From positions 124,001 through 188,000 of the forward strand of contig OZ037766.1 of assembly GCA_964035545.1 (NCBI GenBank): a stretch of DNA of 64,000 nucleotides, in the 5' to 3' direction. A program made the position numbers and the translations under genes. Source of the stretch: Bugula neritina. Lineage: Eukaryota; Animalia; Bryozoa. The notes below the pieces were generated by a model, which worked only from the letters and a program-made list of their open reading frames with translations, searched no databases and had not been told where the DNA came from. This document shows, piece after piece, positions 14,601 to 28,400 of the stretch (within the stretch, counting starts at the first letter, position 1; every line of letters begins with the position of its first letter).

Positions 14601-17087
14601 TATATAGACAGTAGTATATATAGAGTAGTATATAGAGAGTAGTATATAGACAGTAGTATATAGACAGTAGTATATAGAGAGTAGTATATAGACAGTAGTA
14701 TATAGAGAGTAGTATATAGAGAGTAGTATATAGAGAGTAGTATATAGAGAGTAGTATATAGAGAGTAGTATATAGAGAGTAGTATATAGAGAGTAGTATA
14801 TAGACAGTAGTATATAGAGAGTAGAATATAGAGAGTAGTATATAGACAGTAGTATATAGAGAGTAGTATATAGAGAGTAGTATATAGAGAGTAGTACATA
14901 GACAGTAGTATATAGACAGTAGTATATAGACAGTAGTATATAGAGAGTAGTATATAGAGAGTAGTATATAGAGAGTAGTATATAGAGAGTAGTATATAGA
15001 CAGTAGAATATAGAGAGTAGTATATAGAGAGTAGTATATAGACAGTAGTATATAGAGAGTAGTATATAGACAGTAGTATATAGAGAGTAGTATATAGAGA
15101 GTAGTATATAGAGAGTAGTATATAGAGAGTAGTATATAGAGAGTAGTATATAGAGAGTAGTATATAGACAGTAGTATATATAGAGTAGTATATAGAGAGT
15201 AGTATATAGACAGTAGTATATAGACAGTAGTATATAGAGAGTAGTATATAGACAGTAGTATATAGAGAGTAGTATATAGACAGTAGTATATAGAGAGTAG
15301 TATATAGAGAGTAGTATATAGACAGTAGTATATAGACAGTAGTATATAGAGAGTAGTATATAGACAGTAGTATATAGAGAGTGGTATATAGAGAGTGGTA
15401 TATAGAGAGTGGTATATAGAGAGTAGAATATAGAGAGTAGTATATAGAGAGTGGTATATAGAGAGTGGTATATAGAGAGTAGAATATAGAGAGTAGTATA
15501 TAGACAGTAGTATATAGACAGTAGTATATAGAGAGTAGTATATAGACAGTAGTATATAGAGATTAGTATATATAAAGTAGTATATAGAGAGTAGTATATA
15601 GAGAGTAGTATATAGAGAGTAGTATATAGACAGTAGAATATAGAGAGTAGTATATAGAGAGTAGTATATATAGAGTAGTATATAGAGAGTAGTATATAGA
15701 GAGTAGTATATAGAGAGTAGTATATAGAGAGTAGTATATAGAGAGTAGTATATAGACAGTAGTATATAGAGAGTAGTATATAGACAGTAGTATATAGAGA
15801 GTAGTATATAGACAGTAGTATATAGAGAGTAGTATATAGAGAGTAGTATATAGACAGTAGTATATATAGAGTAGTATATAGAGAGTAGTATATAGACAGT
15901 AGTATATAGACAGTAGTATATAGAGAGTAGTATATAGACAGTAGTATATAGAGAGTAGTATATAGAGAGTAGTATATAGACAGTAGTATATAGAGAGTAG
16001 TATATAGAGAGTAGTACATAGAGAGTAGTATATAGAGAGTAGTATATAGACAGTAGTATATAGAGAGTAGTATATAGACAGTAGTATATAGAGAGTAGTA
16101 TATAGACAGTAGTATATAGAGAGTAGTATATAGAGAGTAGTATATAGACAGTAGTATATAGACAGTAGTATATAGAGAGTAGTATATAGACAGTAGTATA
16201 TAGAGAGTGGTATATAGAGAGTGGTATATAGAGAGTAGAATATAGAGAGTAGTATATAGAGAGTGGTATATAGAGAGTGGTATATAGAGAGTAGAATATA
16301 GAGAGTAGTATATAGAGAGTAGTATATAGAGAGTAGTATATAGACAGTGGTATATAGACAGTAGTATATAGACAGTAGTATATAGACAGTAGTATATAGA
16401 CAGTAGTATATAGACAGTAGTATATAGAGAGTAGTATATAGAGAGTAGTATATAGACAGTAGTATATAGAGAGTAGTATATAGAGAGTAGTATATAGACA
16501 GTAGTATATAGAGAGTAGAATATAGACAGTAGTATATAGAGAGTAGTATATAGACAGTAGTATATAGAGAGTAGTATATAGACAGTAGTATATAGAGAGT
16601 AGTATATAGAGAGTAGTATATATAGAGTAGTATATAGACAGTAGTATATAGAGAGTAGTATATAGAGAGTAGTATATAGACAGTAGTATATAGAGAGTAG
16701 AATATAGACAGTAGTATATAGAGAGTAGTATATAGACAGTAGTATATAGAGAGTAGTATATAGACAGTAGTATATAGAGAGTAGTATATAGACAGTAGTA
16801 TATAGAGAGTAGTATATAGACAGTAGTATATAGAGAGTAGTATATAGAGAGTAGAATATAGAGAGTAGTATATAGAGAGTAGTATATAGAGAGTAGTATA
16901 TAGAGAGTAGTATATAGACAGTAGTATATAGAGAGTAGTATATAGAGAGTAGTATATAGAGAGTAGTATATAGAGAGTAGTATATAGAGAGTAGTATATA
17001 GAGAGTAGTATATAGACAGTAGTATATAGAGAGTAGTATATAGAGAGTAGTATATAGAGAGTAGTATATAGAAATAGTATATATAGA
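8666..17087. repeat. 8.4-kb satellite of a 14-bp unit (tatataga(g/c)agtag)n, ~600 copies, ending at a poly-G run
   Basis: Continuous 14-bp periodicity; explains all the very long Y/L/S/T/I ORFs at 8613-17115. Confidence 0.98.
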
Positions 17088-17570
17088 CGGGGGGGGGGGG
17101 GGGGGAGTATAACATAGGTATTAATGAGTTGATGAGAGAGCTAGCTGTACCACACAGTTACAGTTACAGTTACATGTACGTTACCAGTGTGTAACACATG
17201 AAGATAAGTTCTGATAGCACAGGAATCCTTCCTACTTGGTAAATATCAAATGTGATAACTTTATTGACAATGCCTCCTAGAATTGCTGACTAAATTAGAT
17301 TATTATGTTCCCCAGTAGCGCCTTTTGTACAGGCCTGGTTACTCACCAAATACCTGCCAACAAATGTTACCTTAAGCATGTATACAGGTTGCTCTATTAT
17401 ATTGATGCCAACATGAGGTCGGTCTGTTTTATAAACACATATATGACAAGTCTGGTGAATAATACTATCACCACTTCCATAGATGCTAAATCACTTCCAT
17501 AGGTGTGGAACCAGTAGCAGGTGCTGTCGAATCTGTAACGGTGCTGTCCGAAGACAAGGTTGTACAGGAC

Positions 17571-20500
17571 ATGGCCAAATGGCTGGTATTAGTTGTAGTG
17601 GCTCTGATCACCTTGGTTGAGTCTTACAATGTCTGTAAGTAGCTTATTTAATATTTACATATATAATACTAACTCTACTCTATTTATATCGTACTCTACT
17701 CTATTTATATCATACTCTACTCTATTTATATTATACTCTACTCTATTTATATCATACTCTACTCTATTTATATCATACTCTACTCTATTTATATCATACA
17801 CTACTCTATTTATATCATACTCTACTCTATTTATATCATACTCTACTCTATTTATATCATACTCTACTCTATTTATATCATACACTACTCTATTTATATC
17901 ATACACTACTCTATTTATATCATACTTTCAGATGACTACGAGGAAAACTGTGGACACAGTATTCTTGTCACCAAAACTCAGCCAAATGGAGTTGTTAGAT
18001 TGACCACTGGAAAGAGTGTACAGTCACCATGTGACCTTGAACTTACAGTGAACCAGGAAGGAGCTGCTTTGGAACTAGCATTTGTGGTACGTACTTGGGT
18101 GGTGTTATATACATTATGGTAAGTACTTGGGTGGCGTTATACATGTTGTGGTAAGTACTTGGGTGGTGTTATATATGTTGGTACTGTTCTTATGGCATGA
18201 GATCTGACCTTAAACGCAGTCAGTTTGAAACTTGAATTTTTGAGATATTCCATTCATATGAATAATTTAATTTATTCTGAAATAGAAATATTTTCTGTCT
18301 TTGGTTTATGCCGTTACTACATTTAGAAACTGAACATACAAGATTGTAAATCCACAAGATTGAAGATATATGGGTTTGAGAAAGCAAAAGCAAATGAAGA
18401 CGCTGATGAAAGTGATAACCTGGTGTTTGACACAGAACTGGGTTTCTGTGGTTTCAACATTGACTACGAACCGCCATTGGTCATCTCTCAGCCCCAACCA
18501 AGCGCTCGAATCAGATTCTCCCTTCAGCCACAGACCAACAACTCGACACTGGAGGAGATGTTTGAGTTCCACTACGCTTCATGTAAGTAGTAGGCCATTG
18601 ATAGCATGAAACATGGGTTAGCGATCTCACAAGATAACTGACTGCTTGTTTGTTGCATGCATGTCTTTACCTGCAACGCCAGCTGATGTCTATATTATTT
18701 TGTTTTTAAAATAATTGTTTAAACATTTTGCTTTTTTATATACCTAACCAGAAAATTGATTTTCTAAAATCTTCCTTCTCTAATATAAAGATCCCTAAAA
18801 ATAACAGTTAAATTATATTTTAGATGCAATAAAAGATGGAGACATTGCTTGGCCTGTCGTAACTGCACCTGATCCGAAGACTAGTTCATCAACAGAAGGT
18901 ACAACTACTGGAGGTCCTGTAAAGACCACACAAGATGACGTCAGTCCATCAACAGAAGGTAAAACTACTGGAGGTCCTGTAAAGACCACACAAGATGACG
19001 TCAGTCCATCAACAAAAGGTAAAACTACTGGAGGTCCTGTAAAGACCACACAAGATGTCGTCAGTCCATCAACAGAAGTTAAAACTACTGAAGGTCCTGT
19101 AAAGACCACACAAGGTGACGTCAGTCCATCAACAGAAGGTAAAACTACTGGAGGTCCTGTAAAGACCACACAAGATGACGTCAGTCCATCAACAAAAGGT
19201 AAAACTACTGGAGGTCCTGTAAAGACCACACAAGATGTCGTCAGTCCATCAACAGAAGTTAAAACTACTGAAGGTTCTGTAAAGACCACACAAGGTGACG
19301 TCAGTCCATCAACAGAAGGTAAAACTACTGGAGGTCCTGTAAAGACCACACAAGATGACGTCAGTCCATCAACAGAAGGTAAAACTACTGGAGGTCCTGT
19401 AAAGACCACACCAGATGACGTCAGTCCATCAACAGAAGGTAAAACTACTGGAGGTCCTGTAAAGACCACACAAGATGACGTCAGTTCATCAGCAGAAGGT
19501 AAAACTACTGGAGGTCCTGTAAAGACCACACAAGATGTCGTCAGTCCATCAACAGAAGGTAAAACTACTGGAGGTCCTGTAAAGACCACACAAGATGACG
19601 TCAGTCCATCAACAGAAGGTACAACTACTGGAGGCGCTGCAAAAACCACAGAAGCTGGTTCGATAACTTCTGATGACTCAAAAGTGGATTCAACTACAAA
19701 AAGGCTTCTCACACCAAAAATGTTTACTCTGGCACAAGATGTCACGGTCACAGTAGAAGATATTAAAACTATAAAACCTACAACTGTGATCTTTGAACCC
19801 ACCAAATCATCAACTGCACCAATCAGTAAAATTACCATGACTTTAAAACCAACGACAATTATAGAAAAAACTACAGATGCAGCTACCACAACACCAACTA
19901 CTACAGAAGCAGCTACCACAACATCAACTACTACAGAAGCAGTTACCACAACACCAACTACTACAGAAGCAGTTACTACAACACCAACTACTACAGTAAA
20001 AGTTACCACAACACCAACTACTACAGAAGCAGTTACTACAACACCAACTACCACAGAAGCAATTACCAAAACTTCGCTAAGCAAGGCATCAACTAATCCT
20101 ACAACCATAAAACCCAAGACAACTGAAGTAGTATCGTCAACGAAAGGCACAACAGCTAAAACCACTTATGCAATCAGAAGCCGGTCGTAAGTAGAATTCC
20201 TACAGCCAAGCTCTCTTATATCTCACCAGTGCTGTAGTCTTATTGATCAGTTACCCACTCTGCTTACGCTGGCATAGTCTATAATCAGTACAAATCGACA
20301 AAATTTCAAAGATGAATTTACTTCAAATTTACCAGCCAATAAGGTGACTGCAGGTTAGGGTTAAAGTTCATTGTAAATCTGAAGCTAGTGGTTCTGTACC
20401 CAGATGCTTGAATGTTGAGTCTATAGAAAGTATAGCCTATTTATAGAGAGTAGTATAATATATTTTATAGAGAGTGACCTATTTATAGAAAGTAGCCTAT

Positions 20501-23500
20501 TTATAGAACATGACCTATTTATAGAACGTGACCTATTTATAGAGAGTAGCATATATTTTATAGAGAGTGACCTATTTATAGAAAGTAGCTTACTTATAGA
20601 AAGTGCCCTATTTCTAGAACGTGACCTATTTATAGATGTAAATGTGAACTCTGGGTGAGAGAGTTTGCTAAGGAAACAGAAGAGAAGATAAACTTAAGTT
20701 ACGTGACGTACAACTATTTCAGAGGTTCGGCTGTGGATTCCAATTGTTACGATCACTACAAGTGTGGGCGGTTATGTCGGGAGTATGGTAAGTAGCAACG
20801 TACAGTACATATTATAGTATACATATATTATAGTATATACATTGTATAGTATACACATATTATAGTATGTACATTGTATAGTATACATATATTATAGTAT
20901 ATACATTGTATAGTATACACATATTATAGTATGTACATTGTATAGTATACACATATTATAGTATATACATTGTATAGTATACACATATTATAGTATATAC
21001 ATTGTATAGTATACACATATTATAGTATATACACTGTATAGTATACACATATTATAGTATGTACACTGTATAGTATACACATATTATAGTATGTACACTG
21101 TATAGTATACACATATTATAGTATGTACACTGTATAGTATACACATATTATAGTATGTACACTGTATAGTATACACATATTATAGTATGTACATTGTATA
21201 GTATACACATATTATAGTATGTACATTGTATAGTATACACATATTATAGTATGTACATTGTATAGTATACACATATTATAGTATGTACATTGTATAGTAT
21301 ACACATATTATAGTATGTACATTGTATAGTATACACATATTATAGTATGTACACTGTATAGTATACACATATTATAGTATGTACACTGTATAGTATACAC
21401 ATATTATAGTATGTACACTGTATAGTATACACATATTATAGTATATACACTGTATAGTATACACATATTATAGTATATACACTGTATAGTATACACATAT
21501 TATAGTATATACATTGTATAGTATACACGTATTATAGTATGTACATTGTATAGTATACACATATTATAGTATATACACTGTATAGTATACACGTATTATA
21601 GTATATACACTGTATAGTATACACATATTATAGTATATACATTGTATAGTATACACGTATTATAGTATGTACATTGTATAGTATACACATATTATAGTAT
21701 ATACACTGTATAGTATACACATATTATAGTATATACACTGTATAGTATACACATATTATAGTATATACACTGTATAGTATACACATATTATAGTATATAC
21801 ACTGTATAGTATACACATATTATAGTATGTACATTGTATAGTATACACATATTATAGTATGTACATTGTATAGTATACACGTATTATAGTATGTACATTG
21901 TATAGTATACACATATTATAGTATGTACACTGTATAGTATACACGTATTATAGTATGTACACTGTATAGTATACACATATTATAGTATATACACTGTATA
22001 GTATACACATATTATAGTATGTACACTGTATAGTATACATATATTATAGTATGTACACTGTATAGTATACATATATTATAGTATATACATTGTATAGTAT
22101 ACACATATTATAGTATGTACATTGTATAGTATACATATATTATAGTATATACATTGTATAGTATACACATATTATAGTATGTACATTGTATAGTATACAC
22201 ATATTATAGTATATACACTGTATAGTATACACATATTATAGTATATACACTGTATAGTATACACATATTATAGTATATACACTGTATAGTATACATATAT
22301 TATAGTATATACATTGTATAGTATACACATATTATAGTATGTACATTGTATAGTATACATATATTATAGTATATACATTGTATAGTATACACATATTATA
22401 GTATGTACATTGTATAGTATACACATATTATAGTATATACACTGTATAGTATACACATATTATAGTATATACACTGTATAGTATACACATATTATAGTAT
22501 GTACACTGTATAGTATACACATATTATAGTATATACACTGTATAGTATACACATATTATAGTATGTACACTGTATAGTATACACATATTATAGTATGTAC
22601 ACTGTATAGTATACACATATTATAGTATGTACATTGTATAGTATACACATATTATAGTATGTACACTGTATAGTATACACATATTATAGTATATACACTG
22701 TATAGTATACACGTATTATAGTATATACACTGTATAGTATACACATATTATAGTATGTACATTGTATAGTATACACATATTATAGTATGTACATTGTATA
22801 GTATACACATATTATAGTATGTACATTGTATAGTATACACATATTATAGTATGTACATTGTATAGTATACACATATTATAGTATGTACATATTATAGTAT
22901 ACACATATTATAGTATGTACACTGTATAGTATACACATATTATAGTATATACACTGTATAGTATACACATATTATAGTATGTACATTGTATAGTATACAC
23001 ATATTATAGTATGTACATTGTATAGTATACACATATTATAGTATGTACACTGTATAGTATACACATATTATAGTATGTACACTGTATAGTATACACGTAT
23101 TATAGTATATACACTGTATAGTATACACATATTATAGTATGTACATTGTATAGTATACACATATTATAGTATGTACATTGTATAGTATACACATATTATA
23201 GTATGTACACTGTATAGTATACACATATTATAGTATGTACACTGTATAGTATACACATATTATAGTATGTACATTGTATAGTATACACGTATTATAGTAT
23301 GTACATTGTATAGTATACACATATTATAGTATGTACACTGTATAGTATACACATATTATAGTATATACATTGTATAGTATACACATATTATAGTATGTAC
23401 ATTGTATAGTATACACATATTATAGTATGTACACTGTATAGTATACACATATTATAGTATATACATTGTATAGTATACACGTATTATAGTATGTACATTG

Positions 23501-24387
23501 TATAGTATACACATATTATAGTATGTACACTGTATAGTATACACATATTATAGTATGTACACTGTATAGTATACACATATTATAGTATGTACATTGTATA
23601 GTATACACGTATTATAGTATGTACATTGTATAGTATACACATATTATAGTATGTACACTGTATAGTATACACATATTATAGTATATACATTGTATAGTAT
23701 ACACGTATTATAGTATGTACACTGTATAGTATACACATATTATAGTATGTACACTGTATAGTATACACATATTATAGTATGTACATTGTATAGTATACAC
23801 GTATTATAGTATGTACATTGTATAGTATACACATATTATAGTATGTACACTGTATAGTATACACATATTATAGTATATACATTGTATAGTATACACGTAT
23901 TATAGTATGTACACTGTATAGTATACACATATTATAGTATGTACATTGTATAGTATACACATATTATAGCCCGTAGTCTAACGTCAAAGTTGTCTTCTCT
24001 TGTCTCTTAGCCAACGACCACTTGGGGGAGAATTTGGACACTCTACGTACGAAGTGGGGAACAGAAACTGCAGGTAAGAGTGTTAACTGCACTTAGCCAC
24101 AGTTCCTCTGTTAGTTGTAAGAGCAGTACGGGTGGTGATTAACACCTTTCTTCATGTGACCTATACTGTGAATAAACCTGGTGATTACAGGTGACTACGT
24201 CTGCACTAAGATAAATGAGCCGGTGTTGGCCAATCGGCCAGCCCGGGTGTCTCTGGTGGCGACTATAAGAGGTTGCCCAGGATCCTACAGACTCAGAACT
24301 CTGGACTATAGAATGTGTTGCACCGGCCGCACCCACTCATACAAGAGAGTGGACTGCAGTAGAGCCAGCTCTAACGTCATTGGCTGA
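17571..24387 (+). CDS. Secreted mucin-like protein (~720 aa): signal peptide, CUB-like domain, Thr/Ser/Pro repeats, Cys-rich C-terminus; exons 17571-17634, 17932-18086, 18327-18582, 18824-20186, 20723-20787, 24011-24073, 24191-24387
   Basis: MAKWLVLVVVALITLVES signal peptide; all six introns are GT-AG and the spliced total of 2163 nt is one open frame; ENCGHSI...CDLEL...DC...LKIY...FCG spacing is CUB-like; the C-terminus has YVCTK...GCPGSYRLRTLDYRMCCTG. Confidence 0.82.
17668..17926. repeat. 21-bp intronic minisatellite (tactctactctatttatatca)n running into the acceptor
   Basis: The last unit merges into catactttcag| at 17931. Confidence 0.92.
18885..19633 (+). repeat. Coding 60-bp VNTR (PSTEGKTTGGPVKTTQDDVS x~12.5)
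   Basis: Near-identical 60-bp units in frame within exon 4. Confidence 0.95.
19869..20067 (+). repeat. Coding 30-bp repeat (TTTPTTTEAV x~6)
   Basis: In-frame 10-aa units. Confidence 0.9.
20803..23969. repeat. 32-bp (2x16-bp) intronic satellite, ~99 copies, filling almost the whole intron 20788-24010
   Basis: Unit tatagtatacacatat+tatagtat(g/a)taca(c/t)tg. Confidence 0.96.
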
Positions 24388-24613
24388 AATGTTCAACTTC
24401 CTTAGTACTTGGTTGCCAAGCAACATAAACTAAACAACTCCGTATAAAGACTTTTCTGTAATCATATATTTTGCAGTTTATATTTCACTAATGAACTTAC
24501 AAAGTTCCCTTTTAGTTTCCTGTCAGAATTCTTGTTTCTTTATTGTCAGCAAATAATCAGTCTGCCTCCTCTTTTTAAAACCAAAGTGCAAGTCTCTTAG
24601 GGGTTAGATTGAA

Positions 24614-24805
24614 GGTGGTAGGGGTAGAGGAAGAAGGGGTAGGGGGGAGGAAGGGGTGGAGGAAAGCGTTGATTGAAGTGGGGGTAAGGGTAGGGGAAGA
24701 AGGGGGTAGGGGGTGGAGGAAGGGGGGTAAGGGTGGAGGAAGAAAGGGTAGGGGAAGAAGGGGGTAGGGGCGGAGGAAGGGGGTAGGGGTGGAGGAAGGG
24801 GGTAA
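24614..24805 (+). repeat. G-rich purine tract (ggggtagggg.. / ggaggaagggg..)
   Basis: More than 15 G3-G6 runs between the convergent 3' ends. Confidence 0.85.
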
Positions 24806-25451
24806 GTGATTAATGACATACACTAGTTCCAGGTTCAAGGTCACATAGATAAAAGAATATTAAAGTTTCACACCCAACATGAAAATGGTGTCTCACTGCT
24901 AAGCAAGAGATAGTGGGATATTAGCTCTAGAAACGTGTGGAATAAACAAGGAACATAAAGTGGAAGAGACCAGAGCTATTAGGTAGAGTTATCTTTTCAT
25001 GAACTTCAGAAAACATTGAGGAGAAAACTACCAACATAACAGAAAATATTAAATTAGGATTTTATTTAATTCTCAGAATTTGTGACAATAAAATATAAAA
25101 TGACTGAACATATGGTTGATGATATGAAGATGACTACTGTTACATAACTCTAAAAATAGATTGATTTTATCCTGAATATTGATCTATGGATCAATCAATA
25201 AATAAATTATGCAAAGAAGGTTACATCATCAAAACAATATAAAATAAAATCACTGTATCGAGATATTAAAATATAATGTGACATAATATAATTTATTATA
25301 ACATAATATAATATAACATAACATATTATATTATAATATAATATAATATAATGTATTATAAGATATTATATTAAAACATAATAAAACATAATATATTATA
25401 ACATAATATAAATGAGATTAGCCCGAGATTGCAAGCAGAGAGTGTTATTAA

Positions 25452-28400
25452 CTAATCAACGAGAACGGCGTCTATAATGCAGCCGATTTCTTCCCTAAAT
25501 GTCTCATGGCGATACGCAACCCGCACATCCGGCACATTTGTTCTTGTGATGTCATTTCCTGCTACACCATCCTCTTTGTATGTTGGTCCCAGCCAATGAG
25601 ATTTGATCTGACACAGTATAGTAATACACAGTATAGTAATACACAGTATAGTAATACACAGTATAGTATATACAGTATAGTAATACACAGTATAGTAATA
25701 CACAGTATAGTAATACACAGTATAGTAATACACAGCATAGTAATACACAGTATAGTAATACACAGTATAGTAATACACAGTATAGTATATACAGTATAGT
25801 ATACACAGTATAGTAATACACAGTATAGTAGAGTATAATACAGAGTATAGTAGAGTATAATACAGAGTATAGTAGAGTATAATACAGAGTATAGTAGAGT
25901 ATAATACAGAGTATAGTAGAGTATAATACAGAGTATAGTAGAGTATAATACAGAGTATAGTAGAGTATAATACAGAGTAGAGTAGAGTATAATACAGAGT
26001 ATAGTAGAGTATAATACAGAGTATAGTAGAGTATAATACAGAGTATAGTAGAGTATAATACAGAGTAGAGAGAGTATAATACAGAGTAAGAGCAGAGTAT
26101 AATACAGAGTAGAGAGAGTATAATACAGAGTAGAGAGAGTATAATACAGAGTATAGTAGAGTATAATACAGAGTATAGTAGAGTATAATACAGAGTAGAG
26201 AGAGTATAATACAGAGTATAGTAGAGTATAATACAGAGTATAGTAGAGTATAATACAGAGTATAGTAGAGTAATACCTCGTGAGAAAAGCCACTCTGAGT
26301 GACGCTGTTCCGGGCCAACTCGCACATGTCGGAAGAGCTGAGTTTAAAGACTTGGGCCGCAATGCTGTACTCCTCCATGAGGGGTTCCTTCGTGTAGTGG
26401 AACTGGAGGGGGTCGTCAGTAGACAGGGACACGTTGAGCCCTCTGCCGAAGTACTCGGGGAGGGGGTTCTTCTGGTAGTTGAGAAAGAGGCTGTTGTTGC
26501 TGAGAGGGGAGATTGCGATGCCGATCTGAGCCAGGTAAAACAGGTACTGCAGCACCGGTACCTTGCGCAGCAGCAGGCCGTGGGAGATGCTCTCGGAGAG
26601 GAGAAACCCGGAGACGAGGTGATGGGCAGCTCCGGCCTCCCCGCAATGAGGTCTGAAGATCAGCTTAGGGAGTCCGCGATCACTAAATACAGAGTATACT
26701 AGTAGTAGTAGTCACAGTGATCACTAAGTAGAGAGTATACTAGTAGTAGTAGTAGTATTAGTAATAGTACTAGTAGTAATAGTACTAGTAGTAATAGTAC
26801 TATTACTGCTAGTACTAGTACTAGTAGTACTATTACTAGTACTAGTACTAGTAGTAAGCACACACCTCCTGAAGTGGTTGAGGACGGCAATGTTGGCGTA
26901 CATGTACCAGGCGTAGTAGGAGTAAGGCGGGTTGTCTGGGCCAGTCCAGTCCTTAGGCAGAGGAGAGTCTTTGTCGAATATTGAGTTCTCGGGTTTAGAC
27001 TCGTCATCCACTGAGTCAATCCCAGACACCTACAGTAGTACTTACTATTACTACATCTACTTACTATTACTATACAGTACTTACTATTACTATACAGTAC
27101 TATTACTATACAGTACTTACTATTACTATACAGTACTTACTATTACTATACAGTATTTACTATTACTATACAGTACTTACTATTACTATACAGTACTTAC
27201 TATTACTATACAGTACTTACTATTACTATACAGTACTTACTATTACTATACAGTACTTACTATTACTATACAATACTTACTATTACTATACAGTACTTAC
27301 TATTACTACATCTACTTACTATTACTATACAGTACTTACTATTACTATACAGTACTTACTATTACTATACAGTACTTACTATTACTATACAATACTTACT
27401 ATTACTATACAGTACTTACTATTACTACATCTACTTACTATTACTATACAGTACTTACTATTACTATACAGTACTTACTATTACTATACAGTACTTACTA
27501 TTACTATACAGTACTTACTATTACTATACAGGACTTACTATTACTATACAATACTTACTATTACTATACAGTACTTACTATTACTATACAGTACTTACTA
27601 TTACTATACAGTACCTACTATTACTATACAGTACTTACTATTACTATACAATACTTACTATTACTATACAGTACTTACTATTACTACACAGTACTTACTA
27701 TTACTATACAGTACTTACTATTACTATACAGTACTTACTATTACAATACAGTACTTACTATTACTATACAGTACTATTACTATACAGTACTATTACTATA
27801 CAGTACTTACTATTACTATACAGTACTTACTATTACTATACAGTATTTACTATTACTATACAGTACTTACTATTACTATACAGTACTTACTATTACTATA
27901 CAGTACTTACTATTACTATACAGTACTATTACTATACAGTACTTACTATTACTATACAGTACTTACTATTACTATACAGTACTTACTATTACTATACAGT
28001 ACTTACTATTACTATACAGTACTTACTATTACTATACAGTATTTACTATTACTATACAGTACTTACTATTACTATACAGTACTTACTATTACTATACAGT
28101 ACTTACTATTACTATACAGTACTTACTATTACTATACAGTACTATTACTATACAGTACTATTACTATACAGTACTATTACTATACAGTACTTACTATTAC
28201 TATACAGTGCTTACTATTACTATACAGTACTATTACTATACAGTACTTACTATTACTATACAGTACTTACTATTCCAACATCTATTTACTATTTACACAT
28301 CTATGATATTTTACTATGATAACTTACTATGATAACTTACTATAATAACTTACTATAATAACTTACTATGATAACTTACCATAATAACTTACTATAATAA

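Noticed and set aside
8613-17115. Very long ORFs (862-2816 aa)
   Set aside because: Stop-free frames of a 14-bp satellite; all three frames give the same periodic peptide.
18813-20165. 450-aa Val-rich - strand ORF
   Set aside because: Antisense shadow of the Thr-rich mucin exon.
26280-26702. 140-aa + strand ORF
   Set aside because: Antisense to a GC-rich conserved AMPD exon; no independent motifs.
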